Source of the DNA: Vicugna vicugna
Lineage: Eukaryota
Assembly (NCBI GenBank): GCA_013265495.1
Contig: MU061579.1
Location: 544,872 to 608,871, forward strand
Length of the DNA stretch: 64,000 bases
Reading direction: 5' to 3'
Shown: positions 63,261 through 64,000 of the stretch, piece by piece
Numbering within the stretch: the stretch's first letter is position 1
How the letters are laid out: each line of letters begins with the position of its first letter
The notes under the pieces: model-generated
Databases searched by the model: none
What the model saw: the letters and a program-made list of their open reading frames with translations, nothing else
What the model was told of the DNA's origin: nothing
Made by a program: the position numbers and the translations under genes

Positions 63261-64000
63261 AGGTTAAAAGAAGCTTTAAGCATTCCTAGTAGCACAGCCC
63301 ACTCCACCGTTCAGAAATCCAGTTTCTAAAAGAAGTAGTTTTGCATTTGCAGACATTTCTCTTGGTTTGTTGTCTACACAAGTATACATGGACTATGGAT
63401 GATGTAATGTCCAATAAAAGGAATAAATTTAGGGAAAATTTTTAGGCATCTTGACTTGTTGGTAGCAGAGAGATTTTCAATATGTGCATGTCTCCACTGC
63501 AACTTTCTGCTCCTTGATGTAAAGGTTGCCTTTTCTAACCTGTGCTTCAATCACTTTCTATGATGGTTTTGGGGCTACCTGTGTCCTGTACTGATGTGAT
63601 TGTATTGGTATCATTTTAAATGACAGGTTTCTAGTTTTTATAATTTGACTAAAGGTTTGCTTGTACAAAGAATTAGGTAAATAATAACTATATGAAAATT
63701 ATTAATTATGGTGTGAGCATGGAAAGTGGTAAAATGAGTAGATGTGATCTGTTTAATATTTCAGAGACTGAATCAGCTTTCAAGTTCATCTCTGTGGTAA
63801 GTTTAGTTACTTCAATCTTAAAATCCCTTACATATGATTAAGGTGCCAATGTGATTAAACACTTAAGCTTTGAATAGCCTCCGAAAAGATGATCGCAGAG
63901 GAATTATCTGTCCCTATGAGCAAATAAAATCTTTGATAATATCATCACCGATTCTGTTTACAATTAATCTGACTGACAGCTTAGAGCAGATGGGAGATGG

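Noticed and set aside
1..64000. ORF-track entries as protein-coding genes
   Set aside because: All are short (169 aa or less), many use non-ATG starts, lie in repeats or have low-complexity composition. None resembles a host protein I recognise, and no exon chain is evident.

Overview
AT-rich, CpG-depleted mammalian genomic DNA that reads as a large intron or gene desert. It is most likely from a camelid, inferred from a Vic-1-type tRNA-derived SINE at ~47.97-48.12 kb and a camelid-type L1 3' end at ~30.5 kb. No intact protein-coding gene, CpG island or functional RNA gene can be supported. The listed ORFs are chance ORFs, except for L1 ORF2 remnants at ~55.5-56.3 kb. The window is a mosaic of old interspersed repeats: about 11 ERV1-type solo LTRs (several with readable 4-bp TSDs), MaLR (MLT1) LTRs, L1 3' fragments, L2, MIR, DNA-transposon fragments and microsatellites. 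The most noteworthy observations are: (1) a tailless 5'-half tRNA-Cys(GCA) retrocopy with a perfect 17-bp TSD at 7.3 kb; (2) an L1 bracketed by an unusually long (~60 bp) diverged direct repeat, with extra sequence and a second A-rich tail, a candidate 3' transduction; (3) two same-family LTRs 44 kb apart, one nested in another LTR and carrying a 186-bp microhomology-bounded deletion; (4) several near-perfect palindromes that look like template-switch products; (5) an unexplained GC-richer block with a strong minus-strand splice acceptor at 61.6-62.2 kb. I found no evidence of a wholly new biological system. Repeat family names are from recall, were not checked with RepeatMasker/Dfam, and boundaries of old repeats are approximate.
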